DNA of 64,000 bases from Treponemataceae bacterium (GCA_963667725.2 CAXXHO010000005.1:704001-768000), one strand, 5' to 3'. Positions 41,258-50,308 are shown, numbered from the stretch's first letter. Translations and numbers: made by a program. The notes: a model not told the origin generated them from the sequence alone.

Positions 41258-42508
41258 TCAACCTAACAGGTAAGCGACATGCACAGCGGTTATGTTGTGC
41301 GCAATTTCTTTCGTATCGGGATCGTTTGAGAGAATGAAACTGTGAAGAAGGGGCTTGTCGAGAAAAGCGTCCAAACCTTTGAGATGACGCGCATCGACCG
41401 CGGCAACCCGAGAAGAAAGCTTTATTTCGAAAGCGAGATATCCCTGCGGCAACTCGATGAGGAGATCCACCTCCCGCCCATCCACCGTTCTCAAGTAGTA
41501 GAAACGCGCATCGGAAAAACTACAGCGTGCCTGCTTGTACAGTTCAGAGACAACAAGACTTTCAAACTCGAAACCCGTGAGACCGCCTCGCTTCCGCGCT
41601 ACCGCCTGTAAAACACCATTATCGAGACAATGGATCTTCGGAGCCTTGACCAGCCGCTTGTTTTCATTTCCGAACCAAGCGGGAAGAACAAGCGCCTGAT
41701 AACTCAACTCAAGATACCGAAGGTACCGTTGTACCGTTTTTACCGATACGCCTACCTCTCGCGCTATCGTTGAACTATTCAAAATCGTGCCCGTCTGCAA
41801 TGCTACATACTGCTGAAGCTTGACGAATGGCTCGAGGTCCCTGAACGAAGCCAGGTCCCTGACATCCCGTTCCAGATAGGTTCGGACATACTGCGTGAGC
41901 CAGTGAAAGCGATCCTCGTCGGAGAGGCTTGGATCGGTGAGCGCCGGATAGCCTCCGAACCGGATATAGTGATCCCAGGCTTTCTGTTTAATCGCCTGTC
42001 GCTTGTCGAAAAGAAAACTTGGCAGAAGAGGCGGAATAGTGTCGGGGGCAGAAAGACAGGCTTGAAAAATGGAATCTGGCACAGGATCATCCCATCCTCC
42101 GGTTTCGAGCTCAGGGACGGTCAAGGGCAAGAGATCGATTATCGTGCAGCGTCCGGCAAGGCTTTCTTTCACCTTTTCGAGAAGCAACAACTGGCTTGAC
42201 CCTAAAAGCACGTAACGCGGTTCCTGCCATTGGTCATAGACTGATTTTACACTCTCAATGAGACGAGGCTCCTTCTGAACCTCATCCAAAATCGCCAAAG
42301 GATACAGCGTGTTCCACTGCGCGGCGGTTAACCGGGCATACTGGACACGAAGGACCGGATCCTCAATCGACAAATATTCATAGCCTGGGAAGAGCATACG
42401 CGCCAGGGTAGACTTGCCAGTCTGCCGGGCTCCCGTGAAGACCATTATCCGGCCACCGGGCTTTTGGGATTGCTCCCTGATATAGTCGGCTATCTTACGA
42501 TTCTTCAT
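41258..42508 (-). CDS. AAA+ ATPase / DUF4143 protein
   Basis: Walker A GARQTGKS, Walker B ILDEVQ, GGYP, TYLERD, EVDLL..FEIK. Confidence 0.9.
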   Translation of the reverse strand: MKNRKIADYIREQSQKPGGRIMVFTGARQTGKSTLARMLFPGYEYLSIEDPVLRVQYARLTAAQWNTLYPLAILDEVQKEPRLIESVKSVYDQWQEPRYVLLGSSQLLLLEKVKESLAGRCTIIDLLPLTVPELETGGWDDPVPDSIFQACLSAPDTIPPLLPSFLFDKRQAIKQKAWDHYIRFGGYPALTDPSLSDEDRFHWLTQYVRTYLERDVRDLASFRDLEPFVKLQQYVALQTGTILNSSTIAREVGVSVKTVQRYLRYLELSYQALVLPAWFGNENKRLVKAPKIHCLDNGVLQAVARKRGGLTGFEFESLVVSELYKQARCSFSDARFYYLRTVDGREVDLLIELPQGYLAFEIKLSSRVAAVDARHLKGLDAFLDKPLLHSFILSNDPDTKEIAHNITAVHVAYLLG

Positions 42509-42514
42509 ACCAAT

Positions 42515-42543
42515 AGTTTCGTATATTTCGGACTTGATGTCCA
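42515..42543 (-). promoter_or_regulatory. Putative sigma70 promoter, leaderless
   Basis: TGGACA-17-GAAACT-6nt-ATG. Confidence 0.4.
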
Positions 42544-42568
42544 GTATATGGCGTATTTTTAGGATATA

Positions 42569-42693
42569 GACAGGATAACAAGATGGGGCAGGATTTACGG
42601 AAGAAGGATTTAGGTAAAGAGAAGATAAGAAGGAAAGGGGATTCTTTAATAAAAGCTTTTTCCTGTCGGTCCTGGGGGTCCTGTTATCCTGTC
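42569..42693 (+). repeat. Long palindromic element L4 (125 bp)
   Basis: Same termini and core. Confidence 0.92.
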
Positions 42694-42697
42694 TTAT

Positions 42698-43906
42698 TTA
42701 CTCAAGACACAGCAGGAACTGCCTGATGTTCATATGACGTATGCCATTCCTGCTCCGATCCACCTCGTCCATCGTCACCACGTATTTTGGATAGTTGTCG
42801 GGAATCGTTTCCAGCACGGAAAATTCCCTTTCGATAGTGTCATCGCTTGCCAGAAGGTAGGCTACCTGCACGTACAGCTTTTCGTTTCCTTTTTTTGCCG
42901 AAAAATCCACCTCGGCTTGAGCGCTTTTCCCTATCGTCACTTCATAGCCATTCCTGAGCAGTTCCATATAGACGATATTTTCCAGGGTCTGATTGATATC
43001 TCTCTGGTTATTGCCGTAGAGGGCTTCGCGTATGCCATGATCGGTCAGGTAGATTTTTTCCTGAAAACTCAAAAGTCTCTTGCCGATCAAATCCTCTCTG
43101 GGCACGAGGTGAAGCAGGCAGGCTTCCTGGCAATAACGGATATAGTTATAGAGCGTTTCGCTCGACAGACTTCGTTTTTCGTTTTTAAGGTACTGAACTA
43201 CCGAAGCGGACGAGAAGGTGTTCCCGACATTGGCGATGAAAAATAGTATCAGGCGCTTCAGCTGGTCGATATCGCGAATTCTGTTTCGCTGCGCGATGTC
43301 CTTGAGGATTATGGAATCGAAGATGTCGCTTAAATATTGCCGCGCCGATGCCGCGTCGAAAGAATGCCGATATAGAAATGGCATTCCGCCCATGACAAGA
43401 TAGCGCGTAAAGACATCAGCCTGGTCTATGGGCATCTTTTCTTCCTCGTAACAGTCCAGTACCTCCCTGAAGGAAAAAGGATATACCTTGATCTCGACAT
43501 ACCTGCCCCCCAGGTAGGTGGCCAACTCGCCGGACAGCATCTTCGCGTTTGAGCCGGTGATGAATATGTCGATATCGAAATCGATCATGCAGGAGTTGAC
43601 GAGCTTTTCCCACCCTTCAAGCTCCTGGACCTCATCCAGGAACAGATATAGCTTCCCTTTTTTGCCTTCCGCCGATGCTTTGATATGGGAATAGGTCAAA
43701 TCGCGGCTTCCAACGTAAGGCTCGACATTGGATTCAAAATTAATGGAAAGCATCCGCGACGGGTCTATACCTTTTTGCAAAAGGTCTTGCCGAATGAGTT
43801 CCAGCAAGACGGTTTTGCCGCATCGTCGCATCCCCGTAAGCACTTTTACGACAGGGGTGTCGATAAAGGGACGAATTTTCTTCAGGTAGGTTTCTCTTCG
43901 TATCAT
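42698..43906 (-). CDS. AAA+ ATPase / DUF4143 protein
   Basis: Start MIRRETYL at 43906; GMRRCGKT, FLDEVQ, ITGSNA, LENIVYMEL, EVDF. Confidence 0.9.
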   Translation of the reverse strand: MIRRETYLKKIRPFIDTPVVKVLTGMRRCGKTVLLELIRQDLLQKGIDPSRMLSINFESNVEPYVGSRDLTYSHIKASAEGKKGKLYLFLDEVQELEGWEKLVNSCMIDFDIDIFITGSNAKMLSGELATYLGGRYVEIKVYPFSFREVLDCYEEEKMPIDQADVFTRYLVMGGMPFLYRHSFDAASARQYLSDIFDSIILKDIAQRNRIRDIDQLKRLILFFIANVGNTFSSASVVQYLKNEKRSLSSETLYNYIRYCQEACLLHLVPREDLIGKRLLSFQEKIYLTDHGIREALYGNNQRDINQTLENIVYMELLRNGYEVTIGKSAQAEVDFSAKKGNEKLYVQVAYLLASDDTIEREFSVLETIPDNYPKYVVTMDEVDRSRNGIRHMNIRQFLLCLE

Positions 43907-43913
43907 ATGGTGA

Positions 43914-43942
43914 AGTATAAACCGACTATATCGAAAATGCAA
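43914..43942 (-). promoter_or_regulatory. Putative sigma70 promoter, leaderless
   Basis: TTGCAT-17-TATACT-7nt-ATG. Confidence 0.6.
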
Positions 43943-43983
43943 TGGGATTAATGATATAGATTTCGTTATATCGAAATATATAG

Positions 43984-44143
43984 GACAGGATAACAGGATG
44001 GGGCAGGATTTACGGGAGAAGGATTTAGGTAACAAGATATACGCTCTTTTCTTATCTCTTTACCATATCGTATTCTTTCTTCTCTTCTCTTCTCTTTCCC
44101 AAAAACTCTTTCCTGTTAGTCCTGCTGGTCCTGTTATCCTGTC
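43984..44143 (+). repeat. Long palindromic element L5 (160 bp)
   Basis: Same termini, pyrimidine-rich core; 4 mismatches to L6. Confidence 0.92.
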
Positions 44144-44154
44144 CTATTTTATGT

Positions 44155-45336
44155 TTAATAAGCAAAGCCCAAAAGCCATAGAGGAATTGCCTTCCCGGCG
44201 GGATAGTCCATATCGTCGCGGATTACGAAGTCGGCCTGTTTAAAATTTTTTGAATGTCCGCCCACCTCTATCCTGTATTTCCTCGTCCCTCCAGAACCTG
44301 CCGCCTCGGAGATTACGAAATCGGCTTCCGTTTCATTCCTTGCGGCTTCGACCTTCCATCCCGCGCCGGAGCAGAGCGCGGTAACCAAGGCTTCGCGCGC
44401 GGTTCCCCTGTCCCCATTCAGCGCCGAATACAAGGCCGGATCGGAGAAGAACATTTTCTCGCCGACAGATTTCGCCTTCGTGTCGTTTTCGACGCGAACG
44501 ATACGGAGCACCCCCACGGATTCCATGACCTCCAGCAGCTGATAAAGCTTGTCGCTGCCGACACCCCAGTCGGCGCAGAGCGATCTCACCTGGAGACGCG
44601 GAATGGCTGCGTTTCCCAGCGTGCCCACAATCGCCTTCATAAGGCGGAGATTGCCATCGGTGATCCCCGGGAGGAAAAAAGGCACATCCGAATAGAGTGT
44701 CTTATCCAGAACGGCAAGGAGTCGATCCTGAAAGTCTCCCTCGCCGTAGAAAGGCCGGGTGCCTATGCGACGGTACTTCTGGAAAGCGTCGAGCAGGGCT
44801 GGCGTCGGCGCCAATGGAAGCGCTTGAGCTGGCGAAAAAGGATCTAGTCGTGGATAAAGAATCCCTGTCTCCAAAGACAGGAATTCCCTGAATGAAAGAA
44901 GAGGCATCTGGATCGGCAGGTAGCGACGGGAAAGATCTCCCACGGCGCTTCGCAGCACGAGCGAAGAAGAATCGCTAATCCAGATCGAATGCGAAGGGAA
45001 GTCATCATACAATGCCTTGACGTGAAGGCTCCACTCTTTCGCGAAATGGACTTCATCGATGATGACGCCTTCATAGCCGATTAAAAAAATGCCTTTAACG
45101 AGATCATAGAGGCTAATCCCCGCGATGATGGGATTGTCCGCCGAAAGGTAGAGAATTCGCTTTTTATTGATATGGTACAGCAGAAACGTGGTTTTACCGA
45201 CGCCTCTGGGGCCCGTGAGCACCACCGCGCGGGGAAGCGGGGGCTGCTCCACCGTGAAGGGTCGCATCACCGCAGGCATGGCCGCGTGGCGCCGCTGCAT
45301 GGCTGTCTCCAAGTCCACGACATATTTATTGTCCAT
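44155..45336 (-). CDS. AAA+ ATPase (AAA_14-like) protein
   Basis: GPRGVGKT, IIDEVH, DLSRR, EADF..IEVGG, IPLWLLGF. Confidence 0.88.
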   Translation of the reverse strand: MDNKYVVDLETAMQRRHAAMPAVMRPFTVEQPPLPRAVVLTGPRGVGKTTFLLYHINKKRILYLSADNPIIAGISLYDLVKGIFLIGYEGVIIDEVHFAKEWSLHVKALYDDFPSHSIWISDSSSLVLRSAVGDLSRRYLPIQMPLLSFREFLSLETGILYPRLDPFSPAQALPLAPTPALLDAFQKYRRIGTRPFYGEGDFQDRLLAVLDKTLYSDVPFFLPGITDGNLRLMKAIVGTLGNAAIPRLQVRSLCADWGVGSDKLYQLLEVMESVGVLRIVRVENDTKAKSVGEKMFFSDPALYSALNGDRGTAREALVTALCSGAGWKVEAARNETEADFVISEAAGSGGTRKYRIEVGGHSKNFKQADFVIRDDMDYPAGKAIPLWLLGFAY

Positions 45337-45342
45337 AGCTGA

Positions 45343-45371
45343 AGCATACAGCAATATCGTTCTTACGACAA
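45343..45371 (-). promoter_or_regulatory. Putative sigma70 promoter, leaderless
   Basis: TTGTCG-17-TATGCT-6nt-ATG. Confidence 0.55.
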
Positions 45372-45417
45372 GTACATATTATAATATTTGTACCTGCTGT
45401 GGATACGTTACCAATAA

Positions 45418-45577
45418 GACAGGATAACAGGATGGGGCAGGATTTACGGGAGAAGGATTTAGGTAAAAAGATATACGCTCTTTTCTTATCTCTTTACCAT
45501 ATCGTATTCTTTCTTCTCTTCTCTTCTCTTTACCAAAAACTCTTTCCTGTAGGTCCTGCTGGTCCTGTTATCCTGTC
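45418..45577 (+). repeat. Long palindromic element L6 (160 bp)
   Basis: Near-identical to L5. Confidence 0.92.
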
Positions 45578-46425
45578 TTTATTGCTATTCCCCGAATACC
45601 CGATTCGACCAGGTAAAGAGGTAGGGAAATGAGCGTGAAGGGCTTGCTCGATTTGCCCGCGATCGCGGTACTGGTAGATAGAATGGAAGGCAAGTCCGTA
45701 TTGAACCTGAGGGCTAGGTCAACCTCTTTTTCCTGGACGAACATATGAAGCGACCTGAGACGCCCCGTGGCTCCGGCTTTTACTTCCACGGGCAGAACTC
45801 GGTTTTCTTTTTGAATGAGAAAATCCACCTCCGCCGTTGAACCTTTGGCGGGGCGATTCCAATAGTAAAGATGAGGTTCGGCATACCCAGGCTGAGCATA
45901 CAGAAGATGCTGACCGATAAACTGCTCCGCGAAAGCCCCGGAGTTCACCATCGCGAAGTTTTCCGCCTGGCCTAGCTCTTGGGGTTTCAGTCCTGATAAC
46001 GACAAGGCCAATCCGATGTCCAGAAACAGCAGCTTGAAAGAACTTGCTTCCGCTTCCGCGCCCAAGGGAAGTCCGTTGCCGTGGCTGTGCATGACTGGAT
46101 AGATTAGTCGGGCTTTTTGCAGCAGATCCAGGCATTCTTTTATTTCCCGTGACTTTACTTGGCGGTTCAACGCCGAGTATTTGATCGTTTTTCCAAGTTG
46201 ACCGGGTATTTTTATAAAAAGATCCTGCGGAAGCCCGATATTGGCCCTTTTCTTGTACTTGCCGAAGTCGAGAAAAAAAGTCTGCAGAATGGCGTTTTGC
46301 TCCTGCCACGCCCTTGAAACATCCAGACCCGACTCGATATAGTCCTTCAACTCGGCCTTACCGGGGGTTTCGTCAAAGTTGGTCTCAACGTAGGTTTCGA
46401 ATTCCCGCGCGGCGAATATGCGCAA
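45568..46425 (-). pseudogene. AAA+/DUF4143 paralogue lacking Walker A and B (in-frame deletion)
   Basis: Aligns to the 48109 gene but lacks the N-terminus and ~138 internal aa; retains EVDF..PVEVK. Confidence 0.75.
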
Positions 46426-46478
46426 TGGCTATTGTATACTAAATTTTTGTCCACTTTTGTATATTTTTATAGGTTTAG

Positions 46479-46602
46479 GACAGGATAACAGGAGAAGCAG
46501 GATTTACGGGAAATGGATTTAGGTAAAGAGAAGATAAGAAGGAAAGAGGATTCTTTACTAAAAGCTTTTTCCTGTAGATCCTGAGGGTCCTGTTATCCTG
46601 TC
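46479..46602 (+). repeat. Long palindromic element L7 (124 bp)
   Basis: Same termini and core. Confidence 0.92.
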
Positions 46603-47889
46603 GAGTATAGAAAGCGCATAGAGAGGAATGTTTGTCAGCCAGCGCTCTTCACGGTACGCGGAGAGCGAGGTTCTGAAGCAGCGTGGAGGAGAAAACTTTT
46701 CATTATAGACCCGAAGGCTCTTGGCCTGCAGGTTTTCGGCAGCCTTCACCTCAAGTGGATAGATGGAATCTTGGCCTTGGATCAGGAAGTCGACCTCAGC
46801 CCTCGAAGTGTCGCTGGACCAGTATGAAGCGTCCATTTCTTCCATAAGGCGTAATTCCTGCGCGACATATTGTTCGGTCAGCGCTCCCTTGAATTCTTCA
46901 AAAAGAGCGTTCCCATGCAATACCGTTTGTATCGGCAGGCCAGAATGTGCCGCCAACAGCCCGATATCAAGCATGTAAAGCTTGAACGCGTTGAGTTCCT
47001 GATATGCCTTAAGAGGGAGCCCCGGTTTCGATACTCTAAAGGTTTTGCGCGATAATCCCGCATCGCAAAGCCACTCGATCGCGCTTTCGTATTCTCTTGC
47101 CCTGGCGCCTTCACGAATGAGACCGTACATGAACTTTTTCTGCTCCCGCGCCAATTGAGCCGGCAAGGAATTCCACACCGCCCGAATTCGAGGAACCGTG
47201 TCCGATTTCGCATATTTGGAAAAATCCCGTTCATAAGCTTCAAGCAGTTCTTTCTGGAAGGTACGAACCTGGCCAAGATCCTTCGTCGCCACAAAGGTTG
47301 CCACGCTTTCCGGCATGCCGCCAACGCAATAGTAATATCGCAGGAATTCGATCAGTTTCTCCCTGAACGCATCGATCATCGGCCAATCACTTGATGAAAC
47401 GAGATCCGCCAGCGCGGATTCGCCAATGGCTTTTAAAAATTCCAAGAAAGAAAGAGGATAAAGGTTTAAAAAGTCGACTTTGCCCACGGGAAAAGAATTC
47501 TCCGCATGCAACGAGATTCCCAAGAGCGATCCTGCCGCCACAAGATGATACTGGGGAGCATTCTCATAAAAATACTTGAGCGACGTGAGCGCCTTTGGGT
47601 TTTCCTGGACTTCATCGAAGATGATGAGCGTCTTTTCGGGTTCAATAGGCAGGCCGGTCTCAATACGCAAGCCCATGAGTAGACGCTCAGGATCCACGTT
47701 GGATGAAAAAAGCGTCGCCATTCGCTCATTGGACTCAAAATTTATATAGGCGACGTTTTGGTATGCCCTTTTGCCGAATTCTTTCAGCAGCCATGTTTTG
47801 CCGACTTGGCGGGCACCGTTTAGAACGAGAGGCTTTCTGCGCTTATCGCTTCGCCACGCCAGCAAGTCAGCAAGGGCTTTTCTTTCCAT
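46558..47889 (-). CDS. AAA+ ATPase / DUF4143 protein
   Basis: Start MERKAL at 47889; GARQVGKT, IFDEVQ, AAGSLLG, GGMPE, EVDF..PLEVK; C-terminus reads into L7. Confidence 0.9.
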   Translation of the reverse strand: MERKALADLLAWRSDKRRKPLVLNGARQVGKTWLLKEFGKRAYQNVAYINFESNERMATLFSSNVDPERLLMGLRIETGLPIEPEKTLIIFDEVQENPKALTSLKYFYENAPQYHLVAAGSLLGISLHAENSFPVGKVDFLNLYPLSFLEFLKAIGESALADLVSSSDWPMIDAFREKLIEFLRYYYCVGGMPESVATFVATKDLGQVRTFQKELLEAYERDFSKYAKSDTVPRIRAVWNSLPAQLAREQKKFMYGLIREGARAREYESAIEWLCDAGLSRKTFRVSKPGLPLKAYQELNAFKLYMLDIGLLAAHSGLPIQTVLHGNALFEEFKGALTEQYVAQELRLMEEMDASYWSSDTSRAEVDFLIQGQDSIYPLEVKAAENLQAKSLRVYNEKFSPPRCFRTSLSAYREERWLTNIPLYALSILDRITGPSGSTGKSF

Positions 47890-47896
47890 AGATACA

Positions 47897-47925
47897 AGTG
47901 TATTCGTTGTCATCACAAAAGTGAA
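47897..47925 (-). promoter_or_regulatory. Putative sigma70 promoter, leaderless
   Basis: TTCACT-17-TACACT-7nt-ATG. Confidence 0.5.
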
Positions 47926-47985
47926 GCCTGTTTTGTGCAGTATAATCACATAAGTCTTACAAGTTTTGTGTTTGTCTCGCTAAGA

Positions 47986-48102
47986 GACAGGATAACAGGA
48001 TGGGGCAGGATTAACGGGAGAAGGATTTAGGTAAAGAGAAGAGAATTCAATTCTTTACCTATAGCTTTTTCCTGTCGGTCCTGAAGGTCCTGTTATCCTG
48101 TC
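47986..48102 (+). repeat. Long palindromic element L8 (117 bp)
   Basis: Same termini; short palindrome AAAAGTTAACAAATGGGGTCCGACCCCGG abuts at 48104-48132. Confidence 0.92.
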
Positions 48103-48108
48103 CAAAAG

Positions 48109-49519
48109 TTAACAAATGGGGTCCGACCCCGGCCGCAGGAGCCTTTCGGCTTGTTCCACGAGGTATAAGGGGAGTGAGAGAAGCTTAAAGGGCTGAGGTT
48201 TTTTCCCCGCGATCGATGTTGTGGACTCAAGGCATGAAGGCAGATCGTCATTGAAGCGCAAACCCAAGGAAGCGTTCTTCTCCTGTATGAACACCTGGAG
48301 CGACCTGAGCCGGCCCGTCTTGCCTGCCTTGACTTCGACAGGAACGGCAAGGCTTCCCGCCTGGATGAGATAATCCACCTCGGCGGTGGAACCCTTGCTC
48401 TGTCGGTTCCAGTAAAAAAGGGAAGGCTCGTGATAGAACCCATTCCGATACAGAAGATGCTGGCCGATGAACTGCTCCGCCATGGCGCCGGAATTGACAA
48501 GCGTCATATCCTTATCACGCGGTAAGTCGGCCGCGTTCAGACCGAGAAAAGACGCCAGGAGACCAATATCCAGAAAAACCAGCTTAAAGGAGGAAGGATG
48601 GATTTCGGCGCCAAGGGGAATCCCATTTCCATCTGAATGAAAAACCCTAAACACGAGGCGCGCCTTCTCTAATAGATCAAGACTCTCTCTCACCTGGATC
48701 GACCGAGCGAGAGGATTGAGACTCGAGTATTTCGCCGTCTTGCCAATCGTCGCGGGAATGTTCTTGAAGACCGCCTGCAGCATCGGTACATCGACCTTTC
48801 GCTTATATTTGCTGAAATCGGCATAATAGGTGAGCAAAAGGCTACTCTGCGCGCGTGCCGCGGCTTTCATGTCGAGATCCGATTCTATGAAAGCCTTGAC
48901 AACCCCCGGCAAGCCCCCTACCAGGAAATATTCCCTCAAGAAGGCTCGCGCCTTGGCATGAAGCGCTTCGGGCAGGCTTTGAGAAATTCGATACATGGAA
49001 AGATACTCACGCAACTGTTCCTGCCCGCGAGCCAGGAGAAATTCCTCGAAACTCATTGGCCCCAGATACATGAACTCGATTCTTCCGACGGGAACGGAGT
49101 ATTCCGGCGCGCCGAGAGAGAAATCCAAGAGGGAGCCAGCGGCGATAACATGGAGTTCCGGCATCTTTTCGTAAAAATAGCGGAGCTTGGCCAGTACGGC
49201 GGGCGCTCCTTGAATTTCATCGAGGAAGAGAAGGGTTTCCCCCGGGACAATCTTCTTTGAAGCATCGGCTTCGATAAGCCGCACGATGGTCCGGACATCA
49301 GGCTCGTCGAAAAGGCTCGCCTTCTCGGGATTTTCATCGAAATTGATCTCCACGATCGAATCGAATGCCTGTCGCGCGAAAATCCGCACGAGTTCCGTTT
49401 TTCCGACCTGCCGCGCGCCGCGTATGACGAGAGGTTTTCTGTCTCAGGCGCCAGGCGCCAGGTTTTCTGTCGGGTCTCAGGCGCCACTGCGCGAGGAAAT
49501 CGAGAGCAAAGCGTTTCAT
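48109..49519 (-). pseudogene. AAA+ ATPase / DUF4143 protein disrupted by a 28-bp insertion near the 5' end
   Basis: Removing 49432-49459 restores MKRFALDFLAQWRLRPDRKP-LVIRGARQVGKT in frame with FLDEIQ..EVDY..PVEVK. Confidence 0.85.
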
Positions 49520-49526
49520 AATGTTG

Positions 49527-49555
49527 ATTATACAATATTTACCTAGTATTTTCAA
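49527..49555 (-). promoter_or_regulatory. Putative sigma70 promoter, leaderless
   Basis: TTGAAA-17-TATAAT-7nt-ATG. Confidence 0.7.
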
Positions 49556-49588
49556 CAATTATTGCTATTATTATAGGATATAATAGCA

Positions 49589-49712
49589 GACAGGATAACA
49601 GGAGAAGCAGGATTTACGGAAATAGGATTTAGGTAAAGAGAAGATAAGAAAGAAAGGGAATTCTTTAATAAATGCTTTTTCCTGTAGGTCCTGGGGGTCC
49701 TGTTATCCTGTC
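49589..49712 (+). repeat. Long palindromic element L9 (124 bp)
   Basis: Same termini and core. Confidence 0.92.
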
Positions 49713-49718
49713 CTATCG

Positions 49719-50111
49719 CTAGGGCGCCTTCTTGGGCGCGGGGGCATAGTCCCTATACTTGCGTTTGAAGTTTATGTCCTGGGGCCCGAAGTTGATGATG
49801 AGGCCCGTGGGCGTATTGGTGGCTTTTAAGTAATTCACGAGCTGTATCTCATGGACTTTATTGATGGCTTCCACAGCCTTGAGTTCCAGGATGACCTGAC
49901 CATTAACGATAACGTCGGCAAAGAAAAAACCGATCATCGATCCTTCGTAATACACCTCGATCGGCGCTTCGATGATGAAGGGCAGCTTGGCTTTATGCAG
50001 TTCTATGGCCATCGCCTGCTTATAGACCGATTCCAGGAAGCCCGCGCCGAGGGTGTTGTATACCGTAAAGGCACAACCGATGATTTTTTCCGTGAGGGGA
50101 TCTTCCACCAT
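49719..50111 (-). CDS. GxxExxY protein (PD-(D/E)XK nuclease superfamily)
   Basis: 130 aa; GFLESVY = GxxExxY; ADVIV..ILELKAV, QLVNYL, GLIINFG. Confidence 0.92.
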   Translation of the reverse strand: MVEDPLTEKIIGCAFTVYNTLGAGFLESVYKQAMAIELHKAKLPFIIEAPIEVYYEGSMIGFFFADVIVNGQVILELKAVEAINKVHEIQLVNYLKATNTPTGLIINFGPQDINFKRKYRDYAPAPKKAP

Positions 50112-50152
50112 ACCTTTATCGCGCGCGGGGTGGGGGCTTTTGATTCAATGTG

Positions 50153-50276
50153 GACAGGATAACGGGATGAGCAGGATTTACGGAAGAAGGATTTAGGTAA
50201 AGAGAAGATAAGAAGGAAAGACGATTTTTTAATAAAAGCTTTTTCCTGTAGGTCCTGAAGGTCCTGGTATCCTGTC
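50153..50276 (+). repeat. Long palindromic element L10 (124 bp)
   Basis: Same termini and core. Confidence 0.92.
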
Positions 50277-50308
50277 CAATTATATCATTTTTCGGTATTA
50301 TCCATGTA

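Noticed and set aside
43907..44243. N-terminal extension of 42698..44035 and small ORFs 43998..44243 and 45399..45632
   Set aside because: They translate the repeat element itself; the same holds for the extension of 51816..52991.
38748..50276. CRISPR array
   Set aside because: Repeats are 60-160 bp and variable, the intervening DNA is whole genes, and no cas genes are present.
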